Shown: in pieces, positions 35,218-46,491 of the stretch
Numbering within the stretch: position 1 is the stretch's first letter
Layout of the letters: each line of letters opens with the position of its first letter
Source of the DNA: Utricularia gibba
Taxonomy: Eukaryota; Plantae; Magnoliophyta
Reading direction: 5' to 3'
Length of the DNA stretch: 64,000 nucleotides
Assembly: GCA_002189035.1 (NCBI GenBank)
Contig: NEEC01000013.1
Span: 1,612,001 to 1,676,000, forward strand
The notes under the pieces: generated by a model
The model's database searches: none
What the model saw: only the letters and a program-made list of their open reading frames with translations
Told to the model about the DNA's origin: nothing
Position numbers and translations under genes: made by a program

Positions 35218-36000
35218 TCAATTACATTTGACATTAGAGAGAGCCAAGGATGAACTGCATGGATGGCAGGGCATTTCCCCGGGGACGCTGGAAGCATGAA
35301 TCACTTTCCCATTGTCAATTAATCCATTGCCTGCATCTTGCAAGGGGAGCTCCACATTCACCGTTAGTTGGTGCTCTGCAACAGGGACAATAGAACAGTA
35401 GCTATTCAGAGGAGGCTGCTGCTCTGTTGGCGGGGTCTGCTGCTTCTTTGTGCTGATGAAACGCCCGCCAGCCCCTCTAACTCTGCTGATAGCATGCCGA
35501 TGCCGTGACTCATGAAGGTAAGGCTGCATATGACGAGGTTGAACTTTCCTTCATTTCAAACCATGAAAGAGAGAAGACCACCTACCTTGGCCCTCTTCAC
35601 TAGCTTGCACCGAGCTTCATGCTTAGCCCGTGATTCCCTCCGTCGCAGAATCCCATGATACTGTTTGGCATTAACGTATATGGGCTCGTCATCGAGAAGT
35701 TTAGCTGGTAGAGGAATCCGACCGCAGGGAGCACCCATCATCTGCACCCATAACCACTCACTAGTTCCAGAGATCCATCCGCAGCTGATCTGTGGGGGTT
35801 TAAGAACGATCCCAGTTTGATGTGTTCGCGTTTTGAAAATCGAAAACCAACTGTCTATTTAACTGGTTATTGTGGAGCTCAAACATTCACATACACTCTG
35901 AACTCCAAAAATTTGAGAAGAAAACACGCACCCCATGAGGCTGGTATGCAGAGAGTAGCCGGTTTACGTAGTCGTCCATGAAAGCAGGCGGGAGCTGCAC
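35218..36000 (-). CDS. NF-YA: Nuclear factor Y subunit A; supported exons 36000-35932, 35742-35586, 35523-35218; further 5' exon(s) between about 36100 and 36420 are unresolved
   Basis: [23 protein letters not shown] and K|[22 protein letters not shown] (CBF-B domain). A TATAAAAG on the minus strand near 36460 suggests the promoter. Confidence 0.88.
35241..35261 (-). promoter_or_regulatory. miR169 target site in NF-YA
   Basis: mRNA CATGCAGTTCATCCTTGGCTC vs the complement of UAGCCAAGGAUGACUUGCCUG (CAGGCAAGTCATCCTTGGCTA): 17/21 identical plus one G:U, with miRNA positions 2-13 fully paired. miR169-NF-YA is an established pair. Confidence 0.85.
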
Positions 36001-38012
36001 CTGTGAAGCTCACATCTATGTGACAAGTGTACGCCACTGTGGGTGTCTTAATAGGTAAGTGGTCTGAGATTATTACACGTGAAGAGCGATCAATAACTGG
36101 GTATTAATCAGGACCTACTCCATTAAACCCTGACTAAGGAGCCATGAGGGACAGCCCAAATGATGAAAGTACAGGCGCTGCCCATTTTCATAATTCAGGA
36201 TCAGGAGGAGACTGATTCTACAGAAGAACAGGAGAGTGCCAGAAGGGTGATGTTACCGTCGGGAGTCTTATTCCAGCAGCCGCAGAATCATCCAGGGAGG
36301 TTTCCTTCATATCACGACCATGCTTTGATCAGACCCTTCATGTTTTTCAAACCCCAGACACCAGATTGGGCTTGATCTGGAGGAACAGTGCTTCCCTCCC
36401 ATGCAAGATCGTGCAACAGGGAAGGAAAGGTGGGAAAACAAAGTGGGTGCGGGGTGCTTTTATAGTGAGAGATCAGGGAGTGCTCGCCCGGAGAGAAACA
36501 AATTTCACAAGTGCTGGGAAACAGCTCCGCAAAAGAGTCAATGGAATCATGCAAGAATATATCCCTACGCCCATCTCCATAGATCATACCTTCATTTCCA
36601 TTTTTTTTCTAACATGAATGAACTCCACAAAGACTCGGATCAGCTTGAAGATTCAACGCGTTGAACCGACGATTTCTTACCCCCGCCCGCCAAACCCTAC
36701 GCCTACTCTTGATTAGGGTTTACAAGTTGGAATATATTTTGTGTGTGAATAATTATGAACGTATAACGCCAGGGACCAGCCTAATCTACTGTGGGGAAAA
36801 TATCAAAGAAATAAAGACTTTTTTGGTTCACATATTCGAGTTTAAAAAACCAAACATCATCAAATAAGACAAAAATTTACATCATTAAAAATAACAGAGA
36901 AACATAATAAAAGATGATACGAAAAATAAATATATTATAATGGTCGTAATTATGTTTTTCAAAACTCTTCTTTCTATTGAGTTTTTTTTTAATCGAGTCA
37001 GTTTTAGTTCTTTTTATAATTATTTTAATTAAATATACCAAACGTAATAATATTTTAAATATATATTTACATAACGATATAACAAACGCATTTTTAAATA
37101 TAAAAATATGAGACATTTATATACAAATATAAATAATTTATATGCATCATCAATTAAACTTTCCTACAACCTAAAAAAATTGGTTGAAATTTGATTGTAG
37201 TAAATGCAGTGATCCTTGTATTTATACATAGGATTCCTCAGCCCACTTCAACTGGGCCGTTGTCAAGGCTTTGGGCAATGGAAACGGACCATTTGGTTTC
37301 TCGGCCCATTAAATATGAATTCTGAATGTAGGATTAGGGGATAGAGTGACGGTATTCTACGTTGATTACGGATGAGGAAAAGGATATACTTAAATTGAAG
37401 AATACTAATAATCTTGTATTAAAGTTTTTATTCGGAGGAAGAGAATATAAAATCATAAAAGTTATATGTTCAAAATAGATAATATTATATAATGAAAAGA
37501 TAGGTCATGATATAGAGTCAAACTCGGGCCTATAACCGGTGTTGTAGAAAATTTCATTTGAGTTTTCATGAGTGCGGAAGAACCCAACCCAAGAAAATAT
37601 GTAATGACCTTAAATAAATCACACATAGGTTACTTTTGGATTGCTACAAGATGGGTAGGGGCTCAGAATTAGATGCCTTAAACTTATAGTATCATATAAG
37701 AAGATGTTGGATCATTACATTGAATTTTATACAAAAATAAATATTTCATTTTGGTATAAAATTATATTTTTAACATGATATAGACAAGTATTTATACTCG
37801 GACAATGTTTCTATGTGGAATGCGGTAATGGGGCCCACCATCGGTTCCAAGTCTACCACCTACATCAAATCAGCTGACCTTTAATTTGTGTGGTACTGCA
37901 CAAGTCCAGGCCATGGAGATCCACTTCTGAACCCCATTTTACGCAGAATTGGATGCTGGAGAGTTGACCCAATAGGAACCAGACCCCCGAGTTCTGTTCC
38001 AATTGTCAAATC

Positions 38013-38375
38013 TCATTGACAGGTGAGGCGACGTGTACCTGCCACCACCCACTTTGCCCCTTGCAACACATGCAATAAATGTGTGTGTGCACAGCACTGC
38101 TGCATCCCGTCACCGGAGCTGATGCTGATGATCGACGGTGGCTGTGTTTCAGCAGCCAAGAAATTCGTCAAGCTCGTGGGGGAATGGTTCTGCTTTTCAT
38201 CTCCATTGTGGATCTCTCCTGTTGGATTCTGCTCTTCTTTTGAGAGAAAGGAAGCACTCCCTGATCTGATCTTGCTCGAAAGATATGAGGAACTATTGGC
38301 GGATGGATCGTCACCCTTTTGGGTTTTGGTCTCTGCTGTGCTTGCACTGTTGAACCTGGATGGAGGTATTACCAT
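38013..38375 (-). CDS. Possible small uncharacterised Ser-rich ORF
   Basis: ATG at 38375 opens about 120 codons in a GC-richer island. No recognisable domain. Confidence 0.2.
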   Translation of the reverse strand: MVIPPSRFNSASTAETKTQKGDDPSANSSSYLSSKIRSGSASFLSKEEQNPTGEIHNGDEKQNHSPTSLTNFLAAETQPPSIISISSGDGMQQCCAHTHLLHVLQGAKWVVAGTRRLTCQ

Positions 38376-39209
38376 ATGCAATCCCACGTCTTTTTTAGTA
38401 ATACATTAGTATTTTAGAATGTTATCCATGTTATATTTGTTTTTTACATTTGATCGTCCAACCCATCATATATTTAATAACAATATGTTATCACCAAATT
38501 GAGTTTAATGGTGATATGAGATCATGTTAATAAAAAAAAACAAAAATATGCATTGAATTTAAATGATAAAATTTAGATCGAACTTTGATATGATCACTAT
38601 CTATAATCGTACAAAAAAAAACAAGTCTCAATATAATTAAAGATCAATTCAAATGGAAAGCGATTATTAGAATAAGTAATCATACATTAGGATTTGATAG
38701 GAAAATAATTGAATATATAACAAATTACAGATCAATATTAATCATTTAGAATTATTTTTTTCTAACATGATCTATATTTCTTATATAGTTAGATTTCATG
38801 TGTGTTCTAACGACCCATAATATCATTAATTTAAACATAAGGTACCGCTTGGAGTTGCTCTAAATGAATTGAAATCGTAGAGCACGCGACCCAAATCTTA
38901 TATTTGATGTATGGGCTGGTTGTCTCCCATCCGGACTGACAACTCTGGTTTCTTGCTGCCCTCGACCTTGCCTTTCACAGTGTCAATATACCCATACATA
39001 TACATGTCTGTACGGAAATAAATATTAATTTTCCCACATTATAAACACAAAAAAATATTAATATTACTATTTTCAAGGTTACCGCCTCCACTATGGAGTT
39101 TCTTGATCTTTAAAATCTTTTGGCCGCCCACATTCCCATTCCCATTCCCGTTCCCATTGGGTTTCCCCAACTTCTTCCTTCCGACTGAATTTGGTGAGTA
39201 TTCTCAAGG

Positions 39210-39891
39210 ATGGAGGTGCAGATTGGTCACCTGAAAAAGCCCTCCTTTTCTTCTTCTCTTCTCGACGCCGTCTACCGGTCCATCGATGAGCCGGAGGACA
39301 GCAAGCCGCCACTCCCGCGCTGCTGCTTCGAGCAAGAGCTCGACAGCCTCTGCCGGGACATTCGCGTCGAGAAATGGATTCAAACCCATTTCGCATCGAC
39401 CTTGCCGTCGCACAATCGCAAGCCACCCACCGCCGCCGGCCAACCCAGCGCGTTGAAAAAGGCGAGTGCCTGAGGTTGTTTCGTGTGAACATACACACGG
39501 TGATTCTTATTTTTCTTATTACGGTGAACAGGTGAAAGAGCCCAATTCGCCTTCTGCCAGAATCGTGAGCTTTCTCAACGCCATCTTCGCCCCCAGGAAC
39601 TCGAGAAAAGCTTCTGCAACTACAGCAGTCACGAAATCAAGATCAATGAAAGAAGATGCAACGACACCATCGCGACGATGCCTCAGAAAAAATTCATCTG
39701 TTTCATGCCGAGACAAACACGCCAAGTGGCGCTCCTTGAATAGATTTTGCGTCAACGTGGGGTTTCACAAACTTGGAGGAGAGTATGACGACAGAAGCAG
39801 CTGCAGCAGCTCCGAGCTTTTCGAGCTTGATTCCCTCCGCCGCGGCATGGCCCCAGCAGAACTCCGGTCTACCGAACCACCGCCGTCCTGA
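39210..39891 (+). CDS. BG1-like: BIG GRAIN 1-like protein; exons 39210-39461, 39532-39891 (GC-AG intron), with a C-terminal frameshift at about 39864
   Basis: KPSFSSSLLDAVYRSID, RVEKWI, KK|VKEPNSPSARIVSFLNAIF, SRRCLRK and SSCSSSELFELD. ELPVY can be recovered in the shifted frame. Confidence 0.85.
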
Positions 39892-41340
39892 AAGGTTACC
39901 AAGAAACATTCATAGAATAGCCGCCGCTGCCATAGCAGCAAGTTTGCCATTTTGATTGAGCACCATCATATAAAAAGCTACTGATTTTCACAAGTACTCC
40001 AAGTGCATCATATGGAATTTTAAACCATTTGATTTTTCAACCCTAATTTGGCAGCAGTCATAAATCACTTTTCCATAATTGATTTTCAAACAAATTATTT
40101 TTAATGGTTAATAATTTTAATTTCCAGATGACATTCACATTTACTGAAATAATTCTAATAAATATTTTTATATTCAATTATAATATCTAATGGTCAGATT
40201 ATGCTTATCATATTTGTATTTTTGTTACCTTAAATAGATGAACTTTCCCTTCCAATGCCATTTTTAGTATGTATATGGTTGAATTTTAAAACTAAATATT
40301 ATTAATCATATTAAATTCAATCAAATAATTTTAAAAAATATTTCTTGATTTATTTTTTTTAAAAAATATAAATCATTTATATTTAATAATAAAAGTATTT
40401 ATTAAACATTTCATTTTAAAAATATAAACCCTAAACTGCACCAAACAATTAATATTTACCAAAATAACCCTTATTTCCTCCTAGGTCTTGGGAGCAATCT
40501 GGCGCAACATGGGCCTAGACATTTAGGCCCATCAAGATTCCCGTCCACGCGTTGGGCCCAAAGAGCTGCCTCCACAAAAATCTTCTCATTCCTTATACAC
40601 TACGAGGAGTAAAAGTAGTGTCTGTGACTTTCACTCCATGCACTCTTAAAAAAACCCAATAAAAAAATAATAATTCCAGAAAATAAAGATATTAATGTGG
40701 TCCCCACTGGCGCTTGGCATTGGCGATATCGAGATTCCTGTAGCCATATCGAGTCAAGGGTCCCATGCACTCCATACATGATACATCCATCATCATGATG
40801 GAAACCATGAGGGAGGAGAATTAAAAATATTTGAGTAATAAATAAATACTTTTTTTTTTATTTTGCTCGAATCGGGTCGGGTGGTCCGGGTATGAAAATA
40901 AAAATAATAAATGTGGTCGGGGTGACGTCATCCCATGGTGGGGGTGACATGGGATTTCTGTTACTGCAGTGATTGCTGGGTGTGGATTCAGAAATCAGAA
41001 TATTATTATAATACGTGAAAATGAAGAAGAAGAAGAAAAGCTTCTTCCATTAATTGTTCCACAGCAGGCATCTGATTCGCATTTACGTCTCTACCAGTTG
41101 GGGTGAATTTATTTTTAAATAATCAAGTATTGCTATTTTCCAGTTCCCACCAATGGAAATCGAACACGTGCGTTAACGGCGTTTAATCTCAATACAACAG
41201 TTTTGATGGGGGATGATGAAATGAAGCAATGTGGATGATTATCGCTTCTTTTTTTTGGAAGGGGAAGGAGGGTGAATCACATGAGAAAAACGGCAACCGG
41301 AGATGCATTTCTGACAGCTAACATCCTTACTACGCCGGCC

Positions 41341-41658
41341 TCAGCCGCTTGTGGCCGGGTTTAAGCGTCCGTCGCCGGGGTAGGAGTCTCCGTCGGCGTC
41401 GGAGGAAGCGTCGACGGATTTGGTGAAATTGTTGGAGAGATCGGCGTAGAGGTCGACGACTCGTCTGATGTTGTTGTTGAGCTCCCGAATCAGCCCCACG
41501 TTCCTGCTCAAATTATCTGGTCTCTTTGACTCGTGATTCTGGTTGATCTCGTTGATCAGAAGCCTGTTCTGGTCCAGAATGTTCTGCACCTGAGAGAAAC
41601 TCCGGTGGAAGCTCCGCAGCGTCTTTCCGTCCAAGGAGAACCCTTCGCCGCCGTCCAT
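41341..41658 (-). CDS. ELF4-like: EARLY FLOWERING 4-like protein (105 aa)
   Basis: SFSQVQNILDQNRLLINEINQNHESKRPDNLSRNVGLIRELNNNIRRVVDLYADLS (DUF1313). Confidence 0.93.
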   Translation of the reverse strand: MDGGEGFSLDGKTLRSFHRSFSQVQNILDQNRLLINEINQNHESKRPDNLSRNVGLIRELNNNIRRVVDLYADLSNNFTKSVDASSDADGDSYPGDGRLNPATSG

Positions 41659-42864
41659 TGGGAAATCCCGATCCGCCAGAACCCACTCTCGCTGCTCCTC
41701 AAGACTACACACAAGCAAACAATGAGGGGAATCTCATGACAGTACAGACACAGCCGGGTTCTAAGCAACCTCCCTCTTCCCCAAATTTACACTAAGGTCA
41801 GTGACTACTAGAGAGCACAAACAAAAGGTATTAATTAAAGTATGATTTCGCCCACCAAATCAGTCTCTCTTGGGGCCATATATAGTAACTCACACTATCC
41901 CGTACAAGCCACCAATGCATGAACACTATGCAACCCTAGACAGAGTCGATTCTGTTAAAAATGGTGTTATATGACTTCAGAACATTCGATCCTGAACTTC
42001 AAAGCAGCAGTGTGTCTTATCCAACTGACCCATGTGTTAGAATTCAATAAATCAACACATGGTTTCATGTGTAGGCTCCGGGAAGGATAAAGCATTTGGA
42101 AACAGTCGGAGACATGATATGATAAGGTTCTATGCATTCCCCTAAGGACAATTTTGTCGTATGCGAGACAAAGCTCTTTATCTTCATCCCCCCCTTTTTC
42201 TCCACCCCATAAACAACAAACAAGCATCCATCATTGCGCGAGAATGGATTGGAGTCTTCCAAGAGTTGGATTCCCCACCAATGGCGTTAATCATTTATTT
42301 ATTAGTGACTCCTATATTTTCTAGTTTCACATAAGGAGTACACCAGCTGAACTAACTTCGAGATTTGAGATTTGGGGAGGAAACTTCAACCATTTCTAAC
42401 CAAAAAAAAAAGGGGGGAGAGAGCTGAGCTCTGGGTACTGGAAAGACAAGGACCATTGGAAATACAAACGGGGGGAATCGAGTTCCAGTTCCAGATATAG
42501 AAACATGAGCAGATAAAGGAATGGAATAGAAATCAGAGATCAGAAACAGCAGTCGGAGAAGACGTACCTTAAGGGAGAAGACCGAAGTGGGGTGAAAGGA
42601 GAGAGAAACGTGAAGATTTGATGGTCACTCTCGTGAGGTCTTGTGAGGAGCCGTAGACCGTTTCCTCATACTTATGCAGTACGCAATCCCCATTTTTTAT
42701 TCTTAGAAACTGCCAACCCTGTCTCAGGAAATACCATAAAATTTGGGGTGCATGCCCACTATTAGAAAAATTAGGGTTTGGAAAATCATAGCAAAACAAG
42801 CAACGACATCAACAACCCCTAAACTCAAAACCCACAATTCTGTGCATTATTTACATTTTTAATA

Positions 42865-43160
42865 GGGGTGTTTGATAGTATAATATATAAGATTTATATC
42901 CAAATTTACATATATAAATCATTTTTTATTAATTAACATATGTCAGTCTAATATGATTATAATTACATAATCATTTTTTGAGTATATTATTGATATACAC
43001 ATATGGATAAGAGTTGAGAGAGGAGGGCTAATTATAAACTATACTATTCACATATTTATATTCCTATTTTTTAATATCATGCGTTATATATAATTGAATA
43101 TATACATACTGAATTACATTATATTTAAACATACAAATATTTTACTATCAAACGACTTCT
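42865..43160. mobile_element. MITE-like element with terminal inverted repeat
   Basis: GTTTGATAGTA at 42870-42880 is the exact reverse complement of TACTATCAAAC at 43143-43153, with an AT-rich non-coding interior. Related sequence lies at 30740-30960 and 43700-43920. The target-site duplication is not clean. Confidence 0.6.
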
Positions 43161-43699
43161 AAATATCAGTGTGTTAATAATTATATTGGTTTGATAGATA
43201 AATAATATAATCTATGTTTGATTTATGCAATAATTCTAATTAAATTTACCAAAACTTTTCTAAATATGCATGCGTTAACTAACTTAACTACCAAACGGTA
43301 ATGTGCGGGCACCAATTGGATTCGTTATTCTGAATTTCCAGATAATATATTTTTATATTAGAATAATGGCATAATTAAACTGCCCGTTCGAGGGAGCACG
43401 CAAATCAGGGCGTGGTCGCAACTTGGAGGCTTGGACAAAACCCGAACCACGCTGATTCGCTGTCGGAGTGGGCCCTATTCCCGGCACAACACGTCGTTCA
43501 ATAATGCAGATAGCGATATATTTTATGTTATTTTAATTATTTTCACGCACGCTTTCCCATAACTCATATTCATGACCATCCTACACCTATCATCATACAT
43601 ACTTTCTTTTAAAAAAAATTAAAAAATACTTAGATTATGTGGTGTATTAAATTAAATCAATTATTTAGACCGATTATGTATACTAGATAAATAATTAAT

Positions 43700-43921
43700 A
43701 TGTTTGAAAGTACTATGAGGGTATTTGATTATATTGTTATATTATTCATATACTTATTTTTTAAGAATATGAATAATATACATAAATAGAAGAGTAATTA
43801 ATTATATCTATACAACTTAGATACTCAGATTTATATTTTTGAGTATTAAATTTTATTAAGAATTGAATATATACATACTCATTTATATTATGTTTAAATA
43901 TACTAATACCGTACTATCAAA
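43700..43921. mobile_element. Degenerate copy of the same MITE-like family
   Basis: Shares AATTGAATATATACATACT and the terminal TACTATCAAA with 43090-43153. Confidence 0.45.
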
Positions 43922-44558
43922 CTAACTTCATGATTGATAGCTATTTGAATATTTTAATAAATTTTATAAGATTAGTATAAATCAAATTTTGTGATGCAGT
44001 GCAACGTGTGGCATGAATGTGGAGTGGCCCGGATTTTTTACTAAGCGGGCCTTATTCCTTAACATGGGCCTCCGACATGATTGCTGGGTTTGTCCGCCCC
44101 CAAAAAACCCTAGTTATGGACGGAGAGGACGAAGTTTTTTCTTAACGATCCTCAATCTTCACAGTGCGCAACAGTGCTAGCTTCGTGCTGATGTGACCGA
44201 CGTCTTGAAAGCAGTTGCTTGATGGGATGGACGATTGCGTATGGGTTTGAAACATGGGACTGCAATCGGCTGCACTGGCTCTCTGGCCTAAAACTATTTC
44301 TAAAGATTTCAACACCATTGTTTTGTATCGTTTTGATTTTGGGTAACTGGGTTTTAGGTTCAAAGGTATTAGGTTTGAAACCCGGTTAACGACAAGGAAA
44401 TAAGGAGATCAAAGGAGTTACATTCCAAATTCCACCGCCCACTAGCAGCCAGTCTTCTGAGTTTGGTTCCCCCATGTTTCTGCAGAGTGAGTTCAAGCCA
44501 GCAGGAAAGAAAATGAGACCCTTTGTTAGAACAGAGTGCATCTGTTGTGGGTTGTAAC

Positions 44559-45704
44559 TTACCATTTTGGATTGAGGAAGAAATCATGCATGGAATTTGG
44601 GATCTGGGTTATTGTAGCTGGAGCTTTCTCACCCTCATCCTCTTTCACTCTCCATTCGTCAAGGAAGAGATGCATCACTTTCTTGGGCTGCTCTTCGTAC
44701 GTCTCATGTTTGAAGTAATCGAGCTTGTTGTGGCTCCCATCTGGTCATTTAGACTGTGGATTTTGTTCGTCCTAGTTTGGATGTCTGAAGAATTATTGGA
44801 GTTTTGTTGTTGCAGCTGAGACAGCGATGACCCGATCCCCGTTTTCCAATAAGATTCATTCGTCCCTGTCACAGTTCTCATCCCCCCTGAATTTGAGCTG
44901 CTCTCTGAGAAAAATGAATGCTCTTCGCTTCTATCACCATACTTGTTCCTGCGGACACTTCAAGAGAAATATCGTTATGTAATCGACAACGGTTTTGTAA
45001 AACTACTCGCATGTAAAGCCCGAGTTTTTTTTTTTTTTGCAAAAACAGTAGGATGATCAGCTGACCTGAAATCATTGGGAGGAGAACGAGTACTGGAATT
45101 GGAGTCCAGGAAAAAGTTGGTTGCGACCACCTCTTGAGCTCTGGAGTACGAGAACTCGGGGAAAAGCAGGTTGGATGAGTATGAATGCATCGCCGCCGAG
45201 GAGACGTGAACGGGATCCGCAGACGGAGGAGGCGCGTGGATGAAGACAAAGAAGAAAGAATTTCCACAGGCTTTCTTGAACGGTTTCTTCCTCTGTGCAT
45301 GTGCCTTTCACAGTACTTGGAATCAGGGTACGCTTCCTTCGAGCATCTCCATTTCTTACCGTCCGTTCTCCGACATCTTCCTGGTTCTGGGTCGATTTTC
45401 CTACCGAAACCCATATGAAAACTACCCCATCCAACTACAAAAGGAAAAGGAAAAAGAAAGAAGAAAACAGCATCAACTAAATGATGCATCAGAGAAGAAA
45501 ACAGGGGAAAAACAGGGTACCAATGTTGGGGTTCGGCTGGAGAAGAAACCTCGAAGAATCAAAGCTTCTTCTGATGTTGAAAAGGAGATCCGTTGGAATA
45601 GGCATCCCAGAAGTCAAGTACTTGTAAACGAGAGCTTGGTGTTCGAGTTCCTGCCATTGAGAAGCTGTGAAAGGGTAGCGTGTTCTTCCACTTCCGTTCA
45701 TCAT
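44559..45704 (-). CDS. GRF: Growth-regulating factor (GRF1/5/6-like) with two apparent 1-nt frameshifts; exons 45704-45521, 45434-45066, 44948-44559
   Basis: QLQ domain ([19 protein letters not shown]) and WRC domain ([44 protein letters not shown]). EHSFFSE and [25 protein letters not shown] occur in shifted frames. Confidence 0.9.
45262..45282 (-). promoter_or_regulatory. miR396 target site in GRF
   Basis: mRNA CGTTCAAGAAAGCCTGTGGAA (RSRKPVE), the canonical bulged miR396 site. Confidence 0.92.
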
Positions 45705-46450
45705 ACACCGCGAAAAGAAATGGAACAGAAAACAAAGTTTTCGTTTTTCCTTTTGGCCTTGGAGCAGGAACCAGAGAGCAGTGTAAATGAAGGAAGAGTT
45801 GCAGGGGGGTAAAGGTTTATGTCTGTCAGCAACCATTTAGTTCAGAATCTTCTCCACATTGATGGATAAGCACTGATGATGTTCATCTCATCCCACTAGC
45901 GCATTGGGATGTGCAGTGAAAAGTAAAATCAAACGGGGTAAAATCGGTCTGTTAAAACCACAGAAGGGAACTACAAGATAAAGGGGTGAAATTAGTGTGC
46001 AGTTCATCATCTGAGATGGGTTGAATAGGGTCCACTGCTCATGGAGTCTTTTCATTTTCAATCGTGTGGTTTCATTCCTTTTAGGGCTCACACAATCTTG
46101 CATATGGTCAAACCCCATTATCACTTCACCACAGCAGAACCTGGGAAGAGTCACTGAAGCCACATCCCATATACATTTTGTTCAAATATGAGATTTCTCT
46201 GCAAAGACTAATGATGTCTCTCGCCCTGTTTTCTCTTCTTGCAACACATGTGTGGTGTAACTAGAAAATCATGGTGTAGACATGAAGTAGTATGTTTGAA
46301 TCATGGCATATCTTTTGTTTTAAGACAGCCCCATGAAAAGAATTTTAAAAAACTGCGTCGAAAGACACCCTACAAATGTTTTGTTTATGTTCAGAGTCGA
46401 GCGAGGGGGGAGCCTGAAGTGTACTGTCCTTTCAGACGACTGCAGCTGCA

Positions 46451-46491
46451 CAGTCACAGACACACAGACAGACACACAGACACAGACACAC
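46451..46491 (+). repeat. Degenerate (CA/GACA)n microsatellite
   Basis: CAGTCACAGACACACAGACAGACACACAGACACAGACACAC. Confidence 0.6.

Noticed and set aside
40690-40770. Short sequence reminiscent of miR171*
   Set aside because: It does not match a mature miRNA and no extended hairpin was seen.
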